NCBI RefSeq assembly: GCF_048593235.1
Contig: NC_133617.1
Location: forward strand, 101,144,937 to 101,208,936
Source of the DNA: Sminthopsis crassicaudata
Taxonomy: Eukaryota
DNA length: 64,000 nt
Direction of reading: 5' to 3'
The position numbers and the translations under genes are program-made. A model generated the notes under the pieces. It saw only the letters and a list, made by a program, of their open reading frames with translations. It searched no databases and had not been told where the DNA came from. This document shows positions 13,288 through 24,205 of this stretch, one piece after another. Within the stretch, counting starts at the first letter, position 1. Every line of letters starts with the position of its first letter.

Positions 13288-13381
13288 ACAGCCTTCCTTC
13301 ACTCAAATCTATTTTACATACATATCCTAGCATCATCTCCCTGATGTCACGGTCCTTTGAGAACAAAGGACAAACAACAAC
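13288..13381 (+). mobile_element. RTE-tailed SINE 3' fragment nested in the L1 5'UTR
   Basis: CCTGATGTCACGGTCCTTTGAGAACAAAGGACAAACAACAAC matches the 3' end of the SINE at 55350-55608 and of the RTE at ~31425-31460. Confidence 0.7.
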
Positions 13382-16300
13382 AGGCAAGTGATGTGTAACA
13401 TAGCAAGACTGCATCCCAGCAACTCTACCCTCAGCATAAACCTCACCCCATTGCTGACCAGTAGTGAAGCCCTGCCTCAGAAGTGACCAACATTGAGCTC
13501 CTACCCCTGAGATAGCAATAAAGTTCCATCCTCCAGGACCAGCCACCAGAAAGACTCTGTTACAATAACAATCCAAAAGAAAGGTTCCATCTCTGGGGCA
13601 GGCCAGTAGCTAAACCTATCACAAGAAGAAGCCACCAGGGAAGCTCTACCCTCCTGTACAATCAGAAAGGTAGCCTACCCTCCAGTAAAAGCAAACAACT
13701 AAAGCCTGAAGCGCAATGAAAGCCAACAGTAAGAACCTGAACCCCAGCACAAAAAGCCTGGGAAAGTATAAATCCCAAGCCCAGTTTTCACATAAAAACA
13801 CCAAGTCACCAAAAAAAGCAGAAAAAATAAGCAAAAAACAAAACTGAACCTGACTAGAAAATTATTATATTGATAGGGAGGATCAATACATAAACTTAGA
13901 AGAGGGTGGTAGTATTAAAATGACTACATGTAAAATCTCAAAGAAAATTGTAATTTAGTTTCATGCCCAAAAAGAATTCTATGAACAGCTTTAAAAGGAT
14001 TTTAAAAAACAAATTAGGGAAGTGAAGAAATTTGAGAAAAATAAGAATAATGTAAAGAGTCATGAAAAATGATTCAGTAGTATGGGGAAAGATATAGAAA
14101 AGTTTACTAAGAAAAATAACTCTCCAAAAATAGAATTAGTCAAATGGAAAAGAAAATACAAAAATTTGCTGAAGAAAATAATTCCTTAGGATTTTAAATT
14201 GAGTAAATGAAAGCTGACTAGACATAAATATATAATAAAACAAAACAAAAAAAAAAAAAGAAAAAGAAAAAGAAGATGTGAAATCTCTTATTGAAAAAAC
14301 AACTGTTCTAGAAAATACTCAGGAAAGATAGCAAGAATTATTGGACTACCTGAAAGTCATGATAAAAAAAAAATTAAAGGCTTGGACATTGTTCAAGAAA
14401 TTATTAAAGAAAATTGCTCTGATATATTAGGACCAGAAGACAAATAGAAATTGAAAGAATCCATTGAGCACTACCACCTAAAAAAGAACCCAGAATGAAA
14501 ACTTCCAGAAACATCATAGCCTAATTCCAGAGCTCACAGATCAAGGAGAAAATACTGCAAGCAACCCCCCCCCAAAAAAAAAACACATTTAAATATCATG
14601 GAAAAAAATTTAAACCCAAATATTGTGGAGGTACAATCAGAGATACACAAGATTTGGCAACTTTCATATTAAAGAACCAGTGGACTTAGAATATGATATA
14701 CCAAAAAGGAAAGAAAGTAGGATTACAACCAAGAATCACCTACCAAGGAAATGGAATATAATCTTTCAGAGGGAAAAATAGAGGACTTCTAAACATTTCT
14801 AATAAAAAAAATCTAATAAAATAAAAATAATAAAATAAATCTAATAAAAAAGACCATAGCTGAATAAAATATGACCTCCAAATATACAATTAAGAAAGGT
14901 AAAAAAGAAACAAGAAAGAGAAATGTAAGAAATTCAGTATTCAGTAAAAATTCATATTTTTATATGGCTTGTAAGGCTTAAGAACTTTATTACTATAAGA
15001 GCAATTAAAAGGAGTGTATACAAGCAGAGTCTGAATATAAAGTAACTTTGATGGGTTGATACTCAAACAAAGGAGTGAGAAAGAAAATTGCACTGGAATA
15101 ACAAGGTGGGGAATGAATGGGGGTAAATTATACCACATAAAAGAGCTGTATAATAGAGGGGGATTGGGTCAAAATTGATTCGAAGAGTGAATAACAACAC
15201 ATATACTCACTTGGATTTAGAAATCTAACTTACCCTTTAAAGAAGTAAAAAGGAATAAGGGGTAAAACAAGAAAAGGGACTGATAAAAGGGAGGATATAT
15301 TGGAGAAGGAAATGATCAGAAGTAAAACTGTTGTGAGAAGGGAAAGTGTAGGGGATAAGAGGTGAATAAGGTGAATAAGCTATAAACAATAGCATGGAGG
15401 GAAATATTCCTCTAATTATAAAAATGAATGGAATGAATTCACTTCTAAAATAGAAGTAGCAGAATGGATTAAAAACCAGACATCTGAATACATCGGAAGT
15501 AGAGAGAGATATACAAATAAATACAGAGTAAAAGTAATGGCCTGGAGCAGAATTTATTATGCTTCTGCTGAAGCAAAGAAAGCAGAGGTAGCAATCATGA
15601 TCTCAGACAAAGCAAAAGCAAAAATAGATTTAATTAAAACTATATCTTGCAGAAAGGTACCATCAACAATGAAGTTATATCAGTATTAAACATATATTCT
15701 CCAAATGTTATAGCACCTAAATTTTTGAAGGTAGAAGTTGAATGGATTACAGGAAGAAATAGATAATAAAACAATAATGGTTGAGAGCTCAACTTTACCC
15801 TCTCATAACTAGATATCTCATTAAAAATTAATGAGAAAGAAGTTAAGGAGGTGAATTAAATTCCATAAAAGTTAGATATCATAGATCTCTAGAAAAAGGT
15901 GAATGAGAACAGGAAGGAATATCCTTTTTCTCAGCAGTATATGACACCTATACAAGACTGGCCATATATTAGGACAGGAAAACCTCACAACCAAATTCAG
16001 AATAGCATAAATAATAAATACAGTTTTTTCTGATCATATATAAATGCAATAAAAATTACATTCAATAATGGACAATAGAAAGAGATTAAAAATTAGTTGG
16101 AAATTAAATAATCTAATTCTAAAAAAAATTCAAAGAGCAAATCTTAAAAATAATTGATATTCATGAAAGAAAATGATAACAATAAAACTAAAATTTATGG
16201 GATGTAGACAAAGTAGAACTTAGCAGAAAAATGAAACTCTAATTCCTTACATCAATAAAATATTGAAAAAAGCATATCAATAAATGGGCATGCAACTAAA

Positions 16301-17169
16301 AATATTAGAAAAAAACAAATTTAAAATCTCCAATTAAATACCAAATCTGAAATCCTGAAAATCAAAGGAGAGATTAATGAGACTGAAAGTAAGAAAACCA
16401 TTGGACTAATAAAGCTAAAAGCTTTATTTTAAGAAAATAAATGATAAAATAGACAAATCAAGGGTTAATTTGATTTTAAAAATGAAAGAAGAAAACCAAA
16501 ATTACTTATATTAAAAATGAAAAGTTCATCATCAGTGATGAGGAAAGTGAGATAATTTTAGGAGCTATTTTGCCCAATTATATGCCAATAAATTTTACCA
16601 TCTAAATGAAATGTATGAACAAAAATGTAAATTACACAATTTAACAGAAAAAAAGAAATAAAATACTTAACTCTAAGAAAAAAGAAACTGAACATGTCAT
16701 CAGTAAAGTTTATAGAAAAAAATCTTTAAGATTACAAGGATTCACAACTAAATTCTATCTAACATTTAAAGAATAATTAATCCTATTAGTATATACAGTA
16801 TTTGGAAAAATAGGTGAAGAAGGAGGCCTACTAAGTTTTACAACACATACATGGTGCTGAAATCTAAACCAGGAAGAGCCAAAACCAAGAAAGAAAATTA
16901 TAGACCAATTTCCTTCATGAATATTAATGCAAACATTTAAAATATAATATTAGCCAAGAGGTTGCAGCAATATATCACTGATCATACATTTTATACTAGG
17001 AATGCAAGGCTAGATCAATATTAGGAAAACTATCAGCATAGTTGATTACTTCAGTAACAAAACCAATAAAAATCAAATTGTTTCAATAGATGCAGAAAAG
17101 GCTTTTGATAAATTACAGCACCTCTTCCTATTAAAAAAAAATCCAGAGAGCATAGAAATAAATAGAATT

Positions 17170-17322
17170 GGGCCAGCTAAGTGGCGCAGTGGATAGAGCA
17201 CCAGCCTTGAATTCAGGAGGACCCCAGTTCAAATGTGGTCCCAGACACTTAACACTTCCTAGCTGTGTGACCCTGGGCAAGTCACTTAACCCCAGCTTCA
17301 GGGAAAAAAAATTAAAAAAAAT
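17170..17322 (+). mobile_element. WSINE1-type SINE inserted in the L1 RT region
   Basis: tRNA-like A/B boxes (GTGGCGCAGTGG; GTTCAAAT), CORE and an A tail. TSD TAGAATTG at 17163-17170 and 17323-17330. Confidence 0.9.
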
Positions 17323-19112
17323 TAGAATTGGCCTTAAAATGATAAGTGATATTTATGTAAAATTATCAATAAGAATTATCTGTAATGGGAATAAGCTGGA
17401 ATCTTTCCTAGGACAATCTGGGGTGAAGCAAGCATGACCTTTATCATGTCTGTTACTTAACATTTTATTTAAAATATTATCTATAGCAAAAAAAAGAAGA
17501 GAAAAAAATTAAAGGAATTATAATAGTCAATGAAAGAACAAAACTATCACTCCAGATAGTAATATATCTCTATGAGATATGATATGATATATATGTTAAT
17601 ATATATTCCTACAGAATCCACTAAAAAACTAGTTGAAATTATTGACAATTTTAGCAAAGCTTCAGGATATAAAATAAATGCACATGAACTATCAGCTTTT
17701 CTATATATTACCAACAAAGTCCAGTAGCAAAAGATAGAGAAATTCTATCTAAAAATAATAATACATGATATGAAATACTTGAGAGTCTTCTGCCAAGACA
17801 AATACTGGAACTATGTGAACACAACTATAAAATACTTTTCACACAAATAAAGTTAGATCTAAAATGTTAATTTTTCATGGATGGGCTGAACCAATATAAT
17901 AAAAATAACACTTTTACCTAAATCAATCTGTTTAGTACCCCACCAGTCAAATGATCAAAAAATTATTTTATGCAGCTAGGAAAAAAATAATAATATTCAT
18001 CTAGAAAAACAAAAGTTCAAAGATATCAAGGAAATATACAAATACAAAAGGCATTAATAAAAAAGTAAGAAAAAATAAAGTTTACTAATTCTGTATTTCC
18101 TCTAACACTACTCACATTCACAAGAGCTACAATCATAGAGATAGTCATTATCTCTATGGCTCAGTTAATACTGAAGGAGCTATATTTTGGAAAGTGCATG
18201 GGGCTATGAGTTAGGGGAACCTGTTGTCTATTTCTCAATCTGCCACCCAGTAACTATGACTTCTGAATGACTAACTTCCCTTCTTTGAGAACCTACCTGT
18301 ATAATGTAGGCAGTTTTCTAGCACAATTTCTAGCCTCCATGATGGAGACATAAAGGAACTTAAATTTATTTGAGAAAAATTTGGGGTATCAGTCCATGGG
18401 ACTCATGGAATTTCATCTGGAATTGTAAACATGGAAAAAATATGGAAATGAGCAAACAATCACATGAAAAGGGGAGGTGTTGTGCATTTGGAAGTTGCTG
18501 TAGTGGAAAGCTGAAATTGAGTAGGCTGATGTCATCCGGGTATAGTCTACTAAATAGGAGATGCTGAGGTTGCAACCTACATTTGGCACACCTGGGCTTT
18601 TTATAATGAAAAGTATAGGAACCCAAGAGATTGTCTCCATATAGATGATGTTGCAAGCCCAGGCCTGAGCCAAGGAAAACCCAGATCCAGTCTGTGCAGG
18701 CCATAAAAAGCATATGGATAGGACCCAGGACAGGATTAACTCCTTCCTTACTTCATAATGCACCTGGATGGAAGGGCTATTTTCACAGATCTTTTAAATA
18801 AATTTTCCTTGAATGTTTTTCGCTATATATCATATATGGAAATATAAGAAATTTTACCTATTTGCATATGAAGTATCAGGACTTGGCTGTATGACACAGC
18901 ACTCCATTATTTACAGCATTTTAAATCTTAATTAAATGCTTATCATTTGGTTTGTGTTCCTTACATAATCTAAGTAGTGTTGAGGCAATGGGGGCTTACA
19001 CTATGATTTCTATAAATTGATTATTTCAAAAAACTCACACTGAACCTGAGAAAACTCAGAAAACTGAGTGTTATTCTTGTTACATCTTTAAAAAAAGGAG
19101 GTTGGTCCAGAG

Positions 19113-19310
19113 CAGGGATACTTAATCTTATTGTATCATGGATCCTTTTGGTAGTCTGGTGAATTCTAAAGTCCTCTTCTCAGAATAATGTTTTTCAACT
19201 GAATAAAATAAAATAGGATTATTAAAAAACTCAATCATATTTAAATTCCATGTTCACAGTATTAAGCAAGCAAACCACCAGATTCATGGACTCCAGGTTA
19301 AAGATCTCTG
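19113..19310. mobile_element. hAT-Charlie-type MITE (~200 bp)
   Basis: Ends are CAGGGATACTTAA / TTAAAGATCTCTG. The internal CTTCTCAGAATAATGTTTTT is shared with copies at 41748, 55075, 28330 and 43820. Confidence 0.7.
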
Positions 19311-20913
19311 GTAATTTAGTGTTGGTCTTACAATCAGGAAAACTTGAATTCAGATCCTGATTCAGACACTTATTATTTTGACAATGAACATACTTAACTT
19401 CTCCCAGCCTCAATTTTCTCATGTAAATCATGCACAATAATAATAATACTTACCCCAAAGGGTTGTTGTGAGGATCAAATAAGATAATATGCTGCAAATC
19501 TTAAAGTGATAATCTTTAAAGTCCCTTCTAATTCTAATATTCTGTTTTTGTTATTTGGAACACCTATAATGCCCCTCCTTGAGTCTTTTGTGATCCATCT
19601 TTCCTCATATCCAATGAGTTATCAACCTTGTTGATTCTGACTCTGTAATATCTTTCATAGTCTTTTCTTTCTCTCCACTCACACAGCCTCTATTCTTGAA
19701 CTTTCTTAGTAGCATCCCTTCCTCCAATCTATCTTCCAACTGCCAAATTGCCATTCTTAAAATATAGATTAGACTTTGTCACTTCCTCTACTCTATTTCC
19801 TAAGCATCTCCTGTATATTGTATTGGCAGTGAAGATGCAGCAACTAAAATGAAACAATTCAGTCATAGGATTAGAGCTCCTTTGGTCTTAAGAAGTTTAC
19901 ATTCTATAAGAGGAAATATATATGAATATTTACAAAATATGTATATTATCATTTTGGGGTAAAGGTGAGATGCTAGAAACTGTAGGAATCAGGAAAGGCC
20001 ATTGGCTCTGGTTGCTTCTCCTGAATATCTTTCTCTAATAGGGGTGATGAAATTGTGCTGCTCTCCTTACTTTTTGACCAATATGGTGGCTGATTCAGGA
20101 CTGGATATATGGCTGAGAATGTTTCTTGAAGAAAGTGGACTAAAGGTAGACAGCTGTGAGACAGAGAGGAAAGTTGGGAACAAAATTTAAACAATATTCT
20201 GTTTCCTATGAGTCTAAAAATTTCCTAGATCCCAGATGCAGCTCACACTTAACAGGAAAGCTGTGCATGGATACTTTGATGGAATTTCATTTGGGTGGGG
20301 GTTGGGTAGAGTGGATGAGATTGTAGCCAGCTGCAGATGATTCATCATTTCATAGTATACTCTTAAAAATTTCCTAGCATTCAGGAAATCATTTGATTGA
20401 TATATGCAAAGGACATTTTTGGATTAAAATCACCCTGTGTATTAAATTATTGGTATCCATTCTACCCATGTATTATGTATGGGAGTCATCATTGTATTGT
20501 CAGTATGCTGTAAGTGAATTACTACAGAAACTTCATCTGTATGGTATGTAGTAAATATTATTAATTGTGATGAATTCCTATGAACTTTTTCAGGTTAGTT
20601 GTTCAAAATCTACCAACACTCATGACAGTGTAAAAAGTACTATTATCATCTTAAGGCAACAACAACAAAAAACATCAATCAAGAAGATACATTTTCACAT
20701 GAGATAATGTAGTGCTCATTTTAACTGTATAACAATCATGAAAATGTAACCTGCCTTTCAGAAAAATTACTTATGTGCTTACTATGTATAAAATATTATG
20801 TCTTAGAAGATATAAGGATAAATGATTCAGAGCATTTTTAAGGCATGTTGAACATTTTTTGAGCTTAAAAATCTGTCCCAAGCTTAAATATATCTTAAAA
20901 TAATAATGGCAAT

Positions 20914-21059
20914 GGGGCATCTAGGCAGCACAGTGGATGGAGCACCAGCCCTGAAGCCAGGAAGACCTGAGTTTAAATTTGGACTAGACACTTAACACTT
21001 CTAGCTGTGTGACCTGGGCAAGTCACTTAACTCCAATTACCTCAGCAAAATAATAATAA
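20914..21059 (+). mobile_element. tRNA/CORE SINE (WSINE1-related, older) with (TAA)n tail
   Basis: Starts GGGGCATCTAGG..CAGTGGA and contains CORE. Near-perfect TSD TAATAATGGCAAT (20901-20913) / TAATAGTGGCAAT (21060-21072). Confidence 0.85.
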
Positions 21060-21082
21060 TAATAGTGGCAATATGCATGGTG

Positions 21083-21385
21083 GCATTGGGTGAAGTAGTG
21101 TACACCTGAAATCCCTACAGAGCTGAAAGTAGATGGATTACTTGAGCTCAGGAGCTCTTGTAGTAGGACTATGGATTATGTAGTGTCCACAGTAAGTCTG
21201 GCACCAATAAGCTGAGCTCCCAGTGGTAAGCAAGAGGCTACCAGACTGCCTAAGGAGAGATGAACTGGTTCAAGTTTAAGATGGAGTAAGTCAAAAGCTC
21301 CCCTTGCTAATGAGTGCTCCAGCCAGATTGATGAGTGACCTCTGTATTTCCATCTTGTGCAAGAAAAGGACACCTGGTCCCCAAA
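21083..21385 (+). pseudogene. 7SL (SRP RNA) retrocopy, near full length and diverged
   Basis: Collinear with 7SL RNA, including the S domain: CTTGAGCTCAGGAG; GTGTCCACAGTAAGTCTGGCACCAATA; CCAGACTGCCTAAGGAGAGATGAACTGG; GGAGTAAGTCAAAAGCTCC. Confidence 0.85.
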
Positions 21386-21619
21386 TCAAAAACAACTTTC
21401 TAACTGTTGTGGTGTGGACTGATGCCTTATAAAAATATGGAAATTCCATCTAAAATTAGTTTCATGAAGATGGTGTCTCAATGGCAAAAACACAAAATTT
21501 AAGTTAGAAGACGTGAGTTTCTGTTCCCTTTTTAAGTCTTCTCATCACTGTGTCTTAGCAAGAGAATTTCATTTGCCTTATCTATAAAACTGGGATAAAG
21601 CTCAAACTATTTAGCAAGT

Positions 21620-21880
21620 TAAAATTTACAAGCATTTAATCTAAAATTAATCCTCTGAGATAGGGTCCTACAGGTGTTATTGTCCCTATTGGTCTTAATT
21701 GTTAGGAAGTTTTTCCTTAAGGCTACTTTGATCTCTTTGACTTCCATCCATTCACTTCCTATAGGTAAACAACTCAACTTTAATACTCCCTTTAAATCTA
21801 AGCCCTTCAAATATTTGAAGACAACTATCATATCCCCCAGAGTTTTCTTTTCTCTAGGCTAACCATGCCCATTTCCTTCA
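21620..21880 (-). mobile_element. CR1/L3 LINE C-terminal remnant
   Basis: ORF 21619..21831(-) reads MIVVFKYLKG...RKNFLTIK, hallmark CR1 ORF2 C-terminal motifs. Confidence 0.8.
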
Positions 21881-22119
21881 ACCAACATACCATAATATGT
21901 GTAAAGAGTTCTGTAAACTTTAAAGTACTATGTAAATGTCAGTTATTAATTCTTTGGAAAGGTATAAACAAAGATGCATAGGGAGGAGAGATCATTTCTG
22001 ATTGAAATTTGATAATGCTTCATGAACATGATGGCATTTTACTTTTAAGAAGAGTAGGACTATAATAGACAGAAAAGGGAGACAGGGCATTCATTCCTGC
22101 AATTGAGAGCTGAGTATGC

Positions 22120-22221
22120 AGAAGTGAGGATTCAGGAAAACACAGAATGTGTATGAAAAAGGCAAGTAACAGAGGTAAGGATGCAGGAGAACACACAATG
22201 TGTATGAAAAAGGCAAGTAGC
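22120..22221. repeat. Tandem duplication, 2 x 51 bp (45/51 identical)
   Basis: Units 22120-22170 and 22171-22221 aligned by hand, with 6 mismatches. Confidence 0.9.
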
Positions 22222-23298
22222 CCAAGGCTTTCTATTTTATTTTACCAGGGAAAAAGAAAGGAGAATTAAGAAGAGAAAGACTGCTATGATCAAGGATCAT
22301 GAAGATAGAATTCAGTGATTCTAGAAACTAGAATTGAAAAACGAGGTTCTCTGCCCCATTCTCCCCCTCTCCCATTCATCGTTTTTTGCTTTTTTTTTTT
22401 TTAAATCTCATCTCCCCTCCCCCAAACATTCCTCATGTAATTTTTCATTCCAGGCTTCCATAGCTCTGGACAAACAGCAATTAATTAAACATTAGTATTT
22501 ATTTGCAAATTAATTAGACTTCTTCCCATAGTACAGAGCTGCTGCCCTGGAATATAATGGACAGTTTTTATAGTTTGGTTTCTGTTACTGGAGAAACCCC
22601 TCAGCTATAGCCTGTCCTTGGTGCCTTTGGGTAGGTACATGCCTGTAGGTGTCTGTTGATGCTGCCAATATGCTCTGAGAGGGGGTGGGTTCTAAACTGA
22701 AATCTGGTGAAGTTAATGACTTTCAAAATGCCACCCAAGGTAGAGCTGGAAATAGAACCCAAGAATAACTCCCAAACTCATGTGAACTGTGCAAGGCTTG
22801 CTCCTGGCTAATGCACCAGCTGCAATCTCACAGAATCATGGGACTTGAAGGGACCTTGCAGCTTGGGTTTGAATGTCTGTATCAAGCTGGGAAGTCTGGA
22901 ATCTAATTATTTGTTTCAGATTCCTTCACAGCTATTCTATTGTTGTTGGAGAATTCCTAGACTTAGAGGTCTGGTTATCAAATTAAATATGCCACGTGAA
23001 CTAAGAAAGCTAATGACATAGCATGGTATAGTGAATGATAGTGCTTCTTGGAATCAGGAAGACCTGGATTTAAATCCTGTCTTTAATATTTACAAACTTA
23101 GTGACAGAAGGACAAGTCTCTTGCTCTTAGTGTGCCTCAGGCATCTCTTTAGAATTTATCTACTGAATCACCAGCAGTTGAGTCTGTGTGGGTAGAGAAG
23201 TTTCTTACAGTCCTGAAATCCCAGATCTTTCCTTTTGTCTAAAACATTTCTTCTAGCTGATGACAAGTGACTTTTGTTACCTTTTCCCTTCAATGTAG

Positions 23299-23385
23299 GT
23301 AACTTTCTGATGGTGACGGCTGAGACATGAGATCTTCAGCCTCAAGGCTTTCAAGTTTTTCTTCCAGAGATTCATTATGGAATCG
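23299..23385 (+). other. ASAP1: ASAP1 exon (87 nt: 28 nt 5'UTR + 59 nt CDS), equivalent to human exon 2
   Basis: Polypyrimidine tract CTTTTGTTACCTTTTCCCTTCAATGTAG| ends at 23298, with the GTAAG donor at 23386. There is no CpG island or promoter in the window, so exon 1 is presumably upstream. Confidence 0.88.
23327..23385 (+). CDS. ASAP1: ASAP1 first coding exon, CDS part (59 nt, phase-2 end): MRSSASRLSSFSSRDSLWN-(R)
   Basis: Manual translation from ATG 23327 gives MRSSASRLSSFSSRDSLWN+CG. This matches the N-terminus I recall for mammalian ASAP1/DDEF1 (MRSSASRLSSFSSRDSLWNRMPDQISVSEF...). The donor is CG|GTAAGC at 23385/23386. It is too short for the ORF track. Confidence 0.96.
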
Positions 23386-23639
23386 GTAAGCTATAATATG
23401 AACATTTTTAGACTCAAAGGGGGTGTATGGCATGGTCAAAACAATGGACTTAGAATTAGGAGATCTGGCTTCAAGACCAAGTCAGGTCTTTTAAGAGTTT
23501 GTGACCTTGGTTGAATTACTTAAATGGAAATCATCATATTTATTATGCTTACTTCCTGGAGAAAGGGAAGTTGTAAGGAAAAGAATGTGGTAGGGGGAAT
23601 ATATTGTGAAATTTATAATCTCTTTCTCTTCTTACAGTG

Positions 23640-24200
23640 GACTAGTAGGTCTTGTCCATTCTGCCCCAAAAACAACTCTTGCAACTGCTCTTCTCTCCTT
23701 TCATGTGGCTTCCTCCCCAGTTTAATACATCACCTCTTTCCTTGTCTATTCTAATAGAACTCGAATTGATCTTTCTGCTTCCAAATCCTCTGCTTCCCAA
23801 TCCATCTTTTACACAGGCGCTAAATTTACATTTCTAAAATCTTAGTCTTGATTTGCTTAAGAAGTTCAATGGCCATCTCTTGTTTTTAGGATAAAATACA
23901 AATGTACCTCGTTATTTGACTTTTAAAATTCTTCATAGTTTGGCTGTAGTTTGTTTTTCCAGATTTATTCCCCATAACTCTCCTTTACACATTCTTCAAT
24001 CTAGTCAAACTCACATACAATATTCTATCTCCTACCTTGTTTATCTCTCATGTCTGTAACATTCTCCTTCCTCACTTCTGCCTGTGTAGCTCTCTTCAAA
24101 TCTCATCTCTGTCCCATTTCCTACCAAAAAACCTTTCCTTATCTCTCCTGTTATTGGCACTTTTCCTCCCTCCTTCCCTTCCTCCCTATATTATTTTTTT
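23640..24200 (+). mobile_element. L2 remnant
   Basis: CT-rich L2-like sequence (CCAATCCATCTTTTACACAGGCGCTAAATTTACATTTCTAAAA...). Confidence 0.6.
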
Positions 24201-24205
24201 ATTTA

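Larger units (their letters stand above)
13014..18030 (+). mobile_element. Decayed long L1 (5'UTR, ORF1, ORF2 EN/RT), 3'-truncated
   Basis: The 5' end GGGGGAC...CAAGATGGCG carries the YY1 motif at 13029-13038. ORF1 remnant near 14410-14540 (ENC.DIL.PE.KIEIERIH). ORF2 remnants: NGMNS...IAEWIKNQ (~15425), [12 protein letters not shown] (~16890), SIDAEKAFDKLQH (~17085), GVKQ (~17420) and FI.KNK (~17995). There are many stops and frameshifts. Confidence 0.92.

Noticed and set aside
20567-20660. Possible C/D snoRNA (GTGATGA C box)
   Set aside because: No D box (CTGA) at a suitable distance and no terminal stem.
23256-23298. Alternative upstream acceptor (TTCTTCTAG|) that would extend the exon by 42 nt and add another uORF
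   Set aside because: There is no evidence of use, and the segment is better explained as the branch point and polypyrimidine tract of the main acceptor.
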